Part shown: positions 37,538 through 45,918 of the stretch, piece after piece
Position numbering within the stretch: position 1 is the first letter of the stretch
Layout of the letters: each line of letters opens with the position of its first letter
From: Pseudomonadota bacterium
Lineage (GTDB): Bacteria; Pseudomonadota; Alphaproteobacteria; MPNO01; UBA830
Assembly: GCA_036339975.1 (NCBI GenBank)
Contig: JAYYZV010000061.1
Span: 1 to 54,496 of the forward strand
DNA: 54,496 bases
Reading direction: 5' to 3'
Notes under the pieces: model-generated
Database searches by the model: none
Seen by the model: the letters and a program-made list of their open reading frames with translations, nothing else
Told to the model about the DNA's origin: nothing
Made by a program: the position numbers and the translations under genes

Positions 37538-40284
37538 TATTTACTTCCCCTTTGAGCAAGGATCGCGGCTCGAACCCGATCCGGCGTAGCGGGTGCCTGT
37601 TTCATATGCACGCCAGTGGCATGATAGATTGCCCCGAATATGGCGGGCGGCGTTGGAATCAGAGCCGGCTCACCTATACCCTTAGCGCCGTACGGGCCCG
37701 TCGGTTCTGGGTCTTCAATCAGAAATACATCGATCGGCGGCACGTCACCGAAGGTTGGCATCAGATAATCGTGAAGGTTCTCGGTAAGGCCCGGGATGTA
37801 TTCCTCCATTAGGGCGAGACCGAGACCCTGCGCCACTCCACCATGTATCTGCCCTTCGACCTGCATCGGGTTGATTGCAGCGCCTACATCGTGTGCGGCC
37901 CAAACGTGCAGCACTTTTACTGTGCCAAGCTCGGTATCAACTTCAACCTCGGCGACCTGGGCCCCAAACCCATATGTACCGTAGGGGTTTCCCTGCCCCA
38001 TTTCGTCCAGCGGCGTGGCCGGGGGATCGAATGTCGCCTCGCCTAAAAGTACATTGCCATCATGTTTGTCGGCGGGAAGAACTGTCAGGTCAATCTCGCG
38101 GACCGCGGCGTCGTCTGTAACAGTAAGCTTCCCTTCACCAAACTCGAAGGTCGCATCGTCCCCGGCATTCGCCATGCGCAGTATCTGGCGGCGCAGATCC
38201 TCTCCGGCTTCCATGGCCGCACGGCCGGACACATACGCCTGTCGCGACGCCGAGCTTTTGCCCGCATCGGCCGTCAGATCCGTATCTCCCCAGACCAGAT
38301 TAACCCGGTCCATGTGGATGCCAAGCGCATCGGCCACGACCTGAACCATCGTCGTGTTAGTACCTTGGCCAATGTCCTGCGCCCCAGAATATAGGGTAAC
38401 GGTTCCATCAGAAGCTATACCGATCTGCATGGTTGAAGGGTTCGAGAGAGAGGTATTACCGCAGCCATACCACATGCAGCCTACGCCGACGCCACGGCGT
38501 TTGGCACCATGGGTCTCAGCGTTGAATTTCTCTGCCGCTACCCGGGCCCTTTTCCAAGGGGCCCGAAGCGCCTCAAGACACTGATCAAGTCCAGCGGAAT
38601 ATTCCAGCACCTGTCCCGTTGCTGTTTCCTGGCCTTTTCGGATGGCATTGCGGAGCCGAAAATCCAGCGGATCCATACCTATCGCCTCAGCCATGCGGTC
38701 CATTAGGTTATCATGTGCGATCGCGGCCTGTGGAATTCCAAACCCACGGAAAGCGCCGGCGGGCGTGCCATTCGTGAAAATACCGCGCGCCTTGGCCTCG
38801 ACGTTGGGTACGAAATACGGGCCGGTGGCATGCACCGGGACCCGGTCCTTTACCGTCAACCCCCAAGAGACATAAGCGCCTGTGTCAAAATCGCCGTCAA
38901 CCTCATAAGCAACCAGATCTCCATCCTTGGTACATCCATAACGCGCGGTGATTCGAGACGGGTGCCGCTTAGTGGACGCCGACATAGACTCGATCCGGTT
39001 CCACGTGCAACGGACCGGCTTATTCAAAATCCAGGCAGCAAGGCCGATTACCGGGTGGACGCCGAGGTCCAACTTCCCGCCGAAACCGCCGCCACACGCT
39101 GTAGGGATCACACGAACCGATTCATTGGGCAGCCCCAATATGTTGGCAACCTCGTCACGATCCATATAAGGGGCTTGGGTCGAAACCGTGATTTCCAGTC
39201 GGTCGCCGACACGCCGCGCCCACCCGGCTTCTGGCTCGATATAGCCGTGCTCTACAAATCCGGTCCGATAGGAATCCTCAATCACCACATCCGCGGTTTT
39301 CATCGCCGCAGCGGCGTCCCCTTTCTTCACGTACCCCTCAGCCATGACGTTGCCCGGATAGCCCTCGTGAATCCGATGGGCATCTTCAGCTAGTGCTGCA
39401 TCGAAGCCGTAAATATCGTCGCGTTCCTGATAGAATATCGGCAGGTCGTCGTCCCGAATACCGAAGACGGTCTCGTAATCGCCGACCAGCGCGACCACAT
39501 TTTCGCCTTTGAATCTAACTTCACCGTCAGCGAAGGCGGGCTGGTCCTTGATATTTGGATACACGCCGTAGCCATTCAGACCGGGTATGTCGGCTGCTGT
39601 CAGGATCCGTTCAAGACCTGACCATTCATCATACAACGGCTGAAAATCACCCAGCGTGAACGTCGCGCTCGCATGTGGGGAGCGTACTGCCCTTGCCCAT
39701 AAAGCATCGCTCGGCGCCTGATCAGCGCCATATTTCTCTGTCCCATCGACCTTCTGGATACCGTCGGTTTTCAGCGCACGGGCTCCCATGGCGTCGCCAA
39801 CATTTGGATACTGGAACGACTGTCCATTCGGCTGCACGACGTGCTTCACCGCATCAACGATATTGCGATAGCCGGTGCAGCGGCAAAGAACGCCGCCCAT
39901 TGCGTCCATAATCTGTTTTTCGTTTGGCGTCTCATTGCGTTTGAAGAGGTCTACCGCCGCCATCAGCATGCCGGGGGTGCAGATACCGCACTGCGCCGCG
40001 CCGTATTCGTGAAATGCCCGCTGCAAGTCGGTAAGCCGCCCGTCCTGACCAGCGAGGCCCTCTACAGTAGTTACGTCCCGCCCCTCAACTTGCGCTAAGG
40101 GCACGAGACACGAACATACCTGTTCTCCGTCCAAAAGGACCGTGCAGGCACCACAATCGCCTGCATCACAACCGACTTTCGTGCCGGTGTAGCCGAGATC
40201 GTCACGCAACACATTGGCAAGCCGACAGACCGGATCGGCTGCGGTGACAGCCGATTTACCGTTGAGATTAAATGAAATAGACAT
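37537..40284 (-). CDS. Xanthine-dehydrogenase-family hydroxylase, fused [2Fe-2S] and molybdopterin-binding subunit (nicotinate-dehydrogenase-like)
   Basis: 915 aa. N-terminal two-cluster ferredoxin part (GCDAGDCGACTV, CGICTPG, CRCTGY). Mo domain with an XDH-type loop GAFRGFGIPQ. Confidence 0.85.
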   Translation of the reverse strand: MSISFNLNGKSAVTAADPVCRLANVLRDDLGYTGTKVGCDAGDCGACTVLLDGEQVCSCLVPLAQVEGRDVTTVEGLAGQDGRLTDLQRAFHEYGAAQCGICTPGMLMAAVDLFKRNETPNEKQIMDAMGGVLCRCTGYRNIVDAVKHVVQPNGQSFQYPNVGDAMGARALKTDGIQKVDGTEKYGADQAPSDALWARAVRSPHASATFTLGDFQPLYDEWSGLERILTAADIPGLNGYGVYPNIKDQPAFADGEVRFKGENVVALVGDYETVFGIRDDDLPIFYQERDDIYGFDAALAEDAHRIHEGYPGNVMAEGYVKKGDAAAAMKTADVVIEDSYRTGFVEHGYIEPEAGWARRVGDRLEITVSTQAPYMDRDEVANILGLPNESVRVIPTACGGGFGGKLDLGVHPVIGLAAWILNKPVRCTWNRIESMSASTKRHPSRITARYGCTKDGDLVAYEVDGDFDTGAYVSWGLTVKDRVPVHATGPYFVPNVEAKARGIFTNGTPAGAFRGFGIPQAAIAHDNLMDRMAEAIGMDPLDFRLRNAIRKGQETATGQVLEYSAGLDQCLEALRAPWKRARVAAEKFNAETHGAKRRGVGVGCMWYGCGNTSLSNPSTMQIGIASDGTVTLYSGAQDIGQGTNTTMVQVVADALGIHMDRVNLVWGDTDLTADAGKSSASRQAYVSGRAAMEAGEDLRRQILRMANAGDDATFEFGEGKLTVTDDAAVREIDLTVLPADKHDGNVLLGEATFDPPATPLDEMGQGNPYGTYGFGAQVAEVEVDTELGTVKVLHVWAAHDVGAAINPMQVEGQIHGGVAQGLGLALMEEYIPGLTENLHDYLMPTFGDVPPIDVFLIEDPEPTGPYGAKGIGEPALIPTPPAIFGAIYHATGVHMKQAPATPDRVRAAILAQRGSK

Positions 40285-40286
40285 AT

Positions 40287-41123
40287 TTACTCCGTCAGTT
40301 CGGCAAGCGCACGCCGGACAAGCGTCAGCGCCGCGTCTCGGCGGTAATCAGCGGAGCCGCGTACATCCCCGATAGGGCTAAGCGGTAACAGATGATCCTC
40401 GGACACGAGATTGACCAAACCTGCATCGGCGGGTTTACCAGCAAGCAAAGTCTCAAGAGACGGAAGGCGCGTCGCCACCTCTGAACATGAACCAACGGCG
40501 ATACGGCATCGACCGACAGTGCCATCTGCCGCCTTTTCAAGGACTGCGGACACCATGACGATCGAAATAACCAGATATTTTCGGGCTCCGAGTTTTAAGA
40601 ACGTGCTTTTGGCACCATTATTACATTTCGGTATTAACAAACCGACAACTAGTTCATCACCCTTTCGCGCAGTCCGGCGATTTCCAAGAACGAAATCAGA
40701 GATAGGTATATCCCGTTGGCCGGAAACCGAGGCCAGCCGAACAAGCGCATCCAGCGCGATCAGTCCGGGGGCACCATCGGCGGCCGGCGACGCATTGCAA
40801 ACATTTCCGACGATTGTCCCAGCGTTTTGGATCTGCATGCCGCCAACCTCCCGGGCCGCCAATTTCATGACCCGAAACCAGTCAGGCAGATCCGCGCGGA
40901 TCAGATCAGTCCACGTTGCACCCGCGCCTAAAAAATAGTGATCACCCCTCTCTTCGATCGAACCTAAGCCCTCAATGCCTGTGACGTCGAGTACGTCTTC
41001 GTCTATTGGTTTACCGACCCGTGCCGGATAAAAATCCGTCCCGCCGGCGACAATAGTCCGTCCCCCTACAGATAGCGCGTCTAATGCCTCGGAAAGTGCC
41101 GTAGGTCTGAGATAGGATGACAT
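40287..41123 (-). CDS. FAD-binding subunit of molybdenum hydroxylase (CoxM/XdhB-like)
   Basis: 278 aa. FAD-binding PCMH-type N-terminus (IVAGGTDFYP). C-terminal CO-dehydrogenase flavoprotein domain (IGDVRGSADYRR). Stop lies 2 nt before the next ATG. Confidence 0.85.
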   Translation of the reverse strand: MSSYLRPTALSEALDALSVGGRTIVAGGTDFYPARVGKPIDEDVLDVTGIEGLGSIEERGDHYFLGAGATWTDLIRADLPDWFRVMKLAAREVGGMQIQNAGTIVGNVCNASPAADGAPGLIALDALVRLASVSGQRDIPISDFVLGNRRTARKGDELVVGLLIPKCNNGAKSTFLKLGARKYLVISIVMVSAVLEKAADGTVGRCRIAVGSCSEVATRLPSLETLLAGKPADAGLVNLVSEDHLLPLSPIGDVRGSADYRRDAALTLVRRALAELTE

Positions 41124-41150
41124 TTAAAACTTGCGCTCCGGTTAACAACA

Positions 41151-41168
41151 TTGTTTGTGTACATACAA
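41151..41168. promoter_or_regulatory. Box A: perfect copy of the 18-bp box TTGTnTGTnnACAnACAA
   Basis: TTGTTTGTGTACATACAA lies 28-45 nt upstream of the ATG at 41123. It is a 7+7 inverted repeat and is preceded by a second small palindrome AACAA-CA-TTGTT (41144-41155). Confidence 0.5.
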
Positions 41169-41354
41169 CTATTCGTTAGTCGGGTGGAGGTGTCAAGCGG
41201 CGTCAAATTCCTTTATCAAATACCGTTATTTAGCGGATGAAAAACAAACCCTGCATGCTATAACATGCCACCGGTGATCATGTGAAAAAGAAGCGTTTTG
41301 GCTGTATCTTAATCCACCGGCAACGGCTTGACGGAGAAGACCCCCCCGCCTAAC

Positions 41355-41372
41355 TTGTTTGTACACGTATAA
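41355..41372. promoter_or_regulatory. Box B: copy of the 18-bp box, overlapping a TATAAT hexamer
   Basis: TTGTTTGTACACGTATAA has 2 mismatches to the pattern and lies 18-35 nt upstream of the korA ATG. TATAAT is at 41368-41373. Confidence 0.45.
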
Positions 41373-41389
41373 TAATTTGGACAGTTTTC

Positions 41390-43255
41390 ATGGCAACAAA
41401 TGTCGCCCCCTCCGATGACGGAGAGCGCAAGGCTCTAGACTCTGTGGTGATCCGTTTCGCCGGTGACTCCGGGGACGGTATGCAGCTTACTGGCACACAA
41501 TTTACTCAGTCGACAGCCCTAATGGGTAACGATCTCGCGACTTTCCCGGATTTTCCGGCAGAAATCCGTGCCCCGGCCGGCACCACGTTCGGCGTCAGCG
41601 CGTTTCAGATCAACTTCGCATCCTATGACATCCAAACCCCAGGCGACGATCCAGACGTTCTAGTTGCTATGAACCCCGCAGCATTAAAAGTCCATCTGAA
41701 GGACGTTCCTAAAGGCGGGACAATTATTCTTAACGTCGATGCGTTCACAGACCGCAACGTCGCGCGCGCCGGATATGAGGAAAGCCCTCTCGACGACGGC
41801 ACCTTGGACAACCATGTCGTCATCGCGATCGAGATTAATAAACTGACAAACGCTGCCGTCGCCGATTGCGACGTGACTTCCAAGGAAGCTACACGCTGCA
41901 AAAATTTCTGGGCCCTCGGGCTGATGTGCTGGATGTATAACCGAGACCGCCAGCCGACCGTCGAGTGGGTCGAACAACGGTTCGGAAAACTGCCGAATAT
42001 AGCAGCGGCAAATATAGCGGCTCTCAATGCAGGCCACGCCTATGGAGAAACCGTCGAGCTACCATCTGGTGTCGAAGCCTATGTCGTGCCGAGAGCAGAT
42101 GTTCAACCCGGCACCTATCGTGCCGTCACCGGCACTGAAGCAGTCGCCTGGGGCCTTGTCGCAGGCGCCAAAAAAGCGGGACTTGAACTTTTCCTTGGTT
42201 CCTATCCGATTACGCCAGCCTCCGCCCTGCTGCACACCCTGACCGGCCTAAAACCTCACGGCGTTACCACATTCCAGGCGGAAGACGAAATAGCCGCGGT
42301 GTGCTCGGCGATCGGCGCAGCATATGCAGGTTCGCTGGGCGTTACGTCATCCTCCGGACCAGGTATTGCGCTTAAGACCGAAGCTATCGGGCTTGCTTTG
42401 GTCACCGAACTACCGCTGGTAGTTGTCAATGTCCAGCGCGGCGGGCCCTCAACCGGTCTTCCGACGAAAACCGAACAATCTGACCTATTCCAGGCAGTTT
42501 ATGGCCGTAACGCGGATACACCGCTGCCGGTAGTTGCGTCGCGTACCGCCGGTGACTGCTTTGAAACAGCGATCGAGGCGGTCCGTCTAGCCACCAAATA
42601 CATGACACCGGTCATCCTCCTGACCGATGGATTCCTCGCCAATTCGGCGGAGCCTTGGGAAATTCCGGACGCCGATGCCATTGCCGATTTTCCGGTCGAA
42701 TTCCGTTCCAACCCCGACGGCTTCCATCCATACCTTCGCGACGAAAAAACGCTGGCGCGAAACTGGGCTATTCCCGGCACTCCAGGGCTGATGCACCGCA
42801 TCGGCGGAATCGAAAAAGACTATGACAGTGGTCATATTTCCTATGATAGTGACAACCACCACAGAATGACGAAAGTTCGCGCCGCCAAGATCGACGGCAT
42901 TGCCGACGACATACCGTCTCAGGAGGTCGCCACCGGCCAAGACACCGGTAAGCTCGCGGTTGTCGGCTGGGGATCGACCTTTGGGGCAATTAACCAAGCG
43001 GTCCGGCGCTGTGTTGCTGACGGGATAAGCGTATCGCACATCCACCTGAGGCATATACACCCCTTCCCCAAAAACCTCGGGGACCTGCTTTCGGGTTTCG
43101 ATCAGGTCATGGTGCCAGAAATGAACAACGGACAACTCGTCCATGTACTGCGCGACAAGTACCTCGTCGACGCTGAAAGCATTACTCAAATAACGGGTCA
43201 ACCCTTCAAGGTTTCGACCCTTGAAAGCGAGATCCGCTCGCGGGTTGGAGGATAA
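41390..43255 (+). CDS. korA: 2-oxoglutarate/2-oxoacid:ferredoxin oxidoreductase, alpha subunit
   Basis: 621 aa. N-terminal VVIRFAGDSGDGMQLTG and the size typical of the two-subunit KorAB type. Followed 3 nt later by the ThDP-binding beta subunit. Confidence 0.85.
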   Translation: MATNVAPSDDGERKALDSVVIRFAGDSGDGMQLTGTQFTQSTALMGNDLATFPDFPAEIRAPAGTTFGVSAFQINFASYDIQTPGDDPDVLVAMNPAALKVHLKDVPKGGTIILNVDAFTDRNVARAGYEESPLDDGTLDNHVVIAIEINKLTNAAVADCDVTSKEATRCKNFWALGLMCWMYNRDRQPTVEWVEQRFGKLPNIAAANIAALNAGHAYGETVELPSGVEAYVVPRADVQPGTYRAVTGTEAVAWGLVAGAKKAGLELFLGSYPITPASALLHTLTGLKPHGVTTFQAEDEIAAVCSAIGAAYAGSLGVTSSSGPGIALKTEAIGLALVTELPLVVVNVQRGGPSTGLPTKTEQSDLFQAVYGRNADTPLPVVASRTAGDCFETAIEAVRLATKYMTPVILLTDGFLANSAEPWEIPDADAIADFPVEFRSNPDGFHPYLRDEKTLARNWAIPGTPGLMHRIGGIEKDYDSGHISYDSDNHHRMTKVRAAKIDGIADDIPSQEVATGQDTGKLAVVGWGSTFGAINQAVRRCVADGISVSHIHLRHIHPFPKNLGDLLSGFDQVMVPEMNNGQLVHVLRDKYLVDAESITQITGQPFKVSTLESEIRSRVGG

Positions 43256-43258
43256 GCC

Positions 43259-44293
43259 ATGAACGTCGAGACCCCTGTCGAAGCCTTAAAGCCAAACGAC
43301 TACGCTTCCGACCAGGAAGTCCGCTGGTGTCCCGGATGCGGCGATTATGCTATTGTCAAGGGTGTACACCGCACACTTGCCGAACTGCAAATTCCGCTTG
43401 AAAAGCTCGTGTTTTTCTCGGGCATTGGCTGCGCGGCACGGTTTCCCTACTACATGGCGTCGTATGGTTTTCACACTATACATGGACGCGCGCCGGCACT
43501 GGCCACCGGCGCGAAGCTCGCTAACCCTGACCTCGACATCTGGGTCGTGATGGGCGACGGCGACGCTTTATCGATCGGCGGCAACCACACGATGCACGCT
43601 ATCCGCCGTAACGTCGATCTAAACCTGTTGCTGTTCAATAACGAAATATATGGTCTGACCAAGGGTCAATATTCACCGACAAGTCAACTCGGCACCCGAT
43701 CACCCTCTACACCGCAGGGTTCAGTCGACGCACCGCTGACGCCGCTTACCCTTGCCCTCGGGGCGGGTGCAAGGTTCGTTGCCCGCACCTTCGATACTAA
43801 CCAGAAACAGATGCCAGGCGTCTTAAAAGCCGCGCACGCTCACAAGGGCGCCTCTCTCGTCGAGATTATCCAGAACTGCATCGTTTATAACGACGGCGCG
43901 TTTGACGGATGGACTGACAAGAAAGTGGTGGGCGACAATTCAATCACGGTCGAGCATTCCAAGCCGTTGATTTTTGGCGCTGACAGCAACAAAGGTATCG
44001 CTCGCGCCGAGGACGGTTTCGGCATCAGAGTTGTCACAATTGGTGAAGACGGTATCACCGAAGAGGATATCCTTGTTCATGACGAGACCAACAAGATGCT
44101 CGCCATGATGCTCGCTGATATGAAGCAGCCGGAATTCCCAGTCGCGCTCGGCGTACTCTATAATAATCCGAGTAAAGCTTATGACGAGGCGGTCCATGAA
44201 CAGCTCGCCGCCGTCAAGGAAGCCAACCCGGCCGGCACCATCAACGAGATGCTCCGCAAAGGGCGGACCTGGACCGTATCTGAAGGAGCTTAG
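43259..44293 (+). CDS. korB: 2-oxoglutarate/2-oxoacid:ferredoxin oxidoreductase, beta subunit (ThDP-binding)
   Basis: 344 aa. WCPGCGDY Cys motif. ThDP motif GDGDALSIGGNH...FNNEIYGLTKGQ. Confidence 0.85.
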   Translation: MNVETPVEALKPNDYASDQEVRWCPGCGDYAIVKGVHRTLAELQIPLEKLVFFSGIGCAARFPYYMASYGFHTIHGRAPALATGAKLANPDLDIWVVMGDGDALSIGGNHTMHAIRRNVDLNLLLFNNEIYGLTKGQYSPTSQLGTRSPSTPQGSVDAPLTPLTLALGAGARFVARTFDTNQKQMPGVLKAAHAHKGASLVEIIQNCIVYNDGAFDGWTDKKVVGDNSITVEHSKPLIFGADSNKGIARAEDGFGIRVVTIGEDGITEEDILVHDETNKMLAMMLADMKQPEFPVALGVLYNNPSKAYDEAVHEQLAAVKEANPAGTINEMLRKGRTWTVSEGA

Positions 44294-44346
44294 CCCCTCT
44301 TTTCAGGTGTTCAGGCTGCAAAACGCGCAAAAGGCGAGGTTGCCGG

Positions 44347-44898
44347 TTAGTTGCTGGGCGTTCTAATTGAGTGGATTGGCCGCCAGTGACGGATTACCCA
44401 TCCCGCGGGGCGTTCTTTTATACCCGGGGTTCCCGCCATCACGCCTCGCTGCGCGATCGTCTCATCGAGGCCGACAACAGTTAGCGGAGTAAAGCCGACC
44501 GGCAGTGGCGGAGCGTTTTGCGTCTGCCGGTCTATTAGTGTCAGGGAACCTTCCATCTGCACGGCCAGGTCCGGTTCCAAAGTTCCCATCGGCCCCTGCA
44601 CAAGGTTGCGGTCCCAGTTGATCATATTGGGCCGGAAATTAGGATCGACCGACAGCCGCCCAGCCTTAGATGTGTAGGTATTACTGCTCATTACGTCGGG
44701 TCCGGCCAACCGGTACAGGGCCAGGAACGGCGCCCGGACGTCTTGATCGCAGTAAAAGCGTTGGGCGGTTAGGAAACCTGGTATCGTTAGCAACATGCTA
44801 ATATGTTTCCAGTAGAATTCGTCGAATGCCGCGCGTTGTTCATCTGTCTCATGCGGATAATCGCACTCGACCATATAATAGGTAGCCTGTTCTTCCAT
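44347..44898 (-). CDS. Hypothetical protein
   Basis: 183-aa ORF with protein-like composition, co-directional with the nfu-like gene. I do not recognise a family. Confidence 0.5.
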   Translation of the reverse strand: MEEQATYYMVECDYPHETDEQRAAFDEFYWKHISMLLTIPGFLTAQRFYCDQDVRAPFLALYRLAGPDVMSSNTYTSKAGRLSVDPNFRPNMINWDRNLVQGPMGTLEPDLAVQMEGSLTLIDRQTQNAPPLPVGFTPLTVVGLDETIAQRGVMAGTPGIKERPAGWVIRHWRPIHSIRTPSN

Positions 44899-44997
44899 TT
44901 TAGGGCTTTTGCGACACAGCCTCGCCGTCCATCACTCCTAAGACGGAGCCCGAGGGCGACTGGAGGGGGTGATACGCTTGAGCGGACAACATGACGA

Positions 44998-45813
44998 TTA
45001 TTCAAAAAAGGGATTTACACCCTGTGAGTGATCCGTCAAATCGACCACCCCCTGGATGGTAGGCACTTCGGAAATAATAGCGTTCTGCACGCCCTGCTGG
45101 AGTGTTACGGCGGAGGACGAACAACCCTGACAGCCACCTTCCATCCTCACGTAGGCGATATGATCAGCGACGTCAATCAGCGTGATCTGCCCGCCATGGG
45201 CGGCAACCGCCGGGTTCACCTTTTCATCAAGCAGTTGCATAACAGCCTCGGCCTCAGGACCCGTGGGCGGCTCTTCTTTGCCGTTGAGAAGCCAGTCCGG
45301 AATTTCCGCAGCGGGCGCTTCGCCCACCCACGTCACGCTCTCCACCTCCGGTACATGGTGCGATATAATGTTAGTCATCATGTCGCGCTTCTGCGCGCCA
45401 CCGCCTCCAATTAGCTCCAGCGTCAGCGTCCCGTCAGCAAATTTCTTAAAAAGAACCTCGCCGCCATAGGCTTCTATCGCTGGACGAATTCTGCCATCCA
45501 GCAACTCAAGAAGCCGCAATACTACAGGTTCCGCGATGACAGGTTCCCCTGCCCCGTAATGTTCCATTATAGCGCCTAGGACAGCCGGCTTAAGGATATA
45601 CCATTCGGTACCACCCGATCGTCGTAATGTAATGTCGTCAAGGGATAACGATACACCTTCCACGCCTTCGATTCGCAGCAAACGCCGCGCCAGCGGAGAA
45701 ATATCCAGCGTTTCCGCTTCGCTGAGCGGCTCTTTGCCGACTGGCAGCACTGGTTCGCCTGGCGTGAACCGCATCAGTTCAGGGTCATCCTCAGGATGGG
45801 TCTGAATAAACAT
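44998..45813 (-). CDS. Nfu/NifU-like Fe-S cluster carrier with duplicated C-terminal domain
   Basis: 271 aa. Nfu_N-type start MFIQTHPEDDPELMRFTPG. First NifU-like domain without CxxC (IGGGGAQKRDMMTNIISHHVPEV). Second with CxxC (GGCQGCSSSAVTLQQGVQNAI). Confidence 0.8.
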   Translation of the reverse strand: MFIQTHPEDDPELMRFTPGEPVLPVGKEPLSEAETLDISPLARRLLRIEGVEGVSLSLDDITLRRSGGTEWYILKPAVLGAIMEHYGAGEPVIAEPVVLRLLELLDGRIRPAIEAYGGEVLFKKFADGTLTLELIGGGGAQKRDMMTNIISHHVPEVESVTWVGEAPAAEIPDWLLNGKEEPPTGPEAEAVMQLLDEKVNPAVAAHGGQITLIDVADHIAYVRMEGGCQGCSSSAVTLQQGVQNAIISEVPTIQGVVDLTDHSQGVNPFFE

Positions 45814-45918
45814 GCTCTTTCTTACTTTCTTGTTCTAACCGGGTCTTCCACCGAGGTAACCATTGGGTTGTTCTCTCAGGTTATTCAGCGGCAGAGATTC
45901 GACCTCAAAGAAATAATT

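Noticed and set aside
38713-39393. 226-aa plus-strand ORF, and similar long antisense ORFs (14706-15191, 28387-28878, 29752-30303, 35061-35537, 40411-40938, 42587-43201, 48071-48481)
   Set aside because: All lie fully inside, and antisense or out of frame to, genes with clear family motifs. They have Arg/Pro/Ser-rich shadow-frame composition and no SD.
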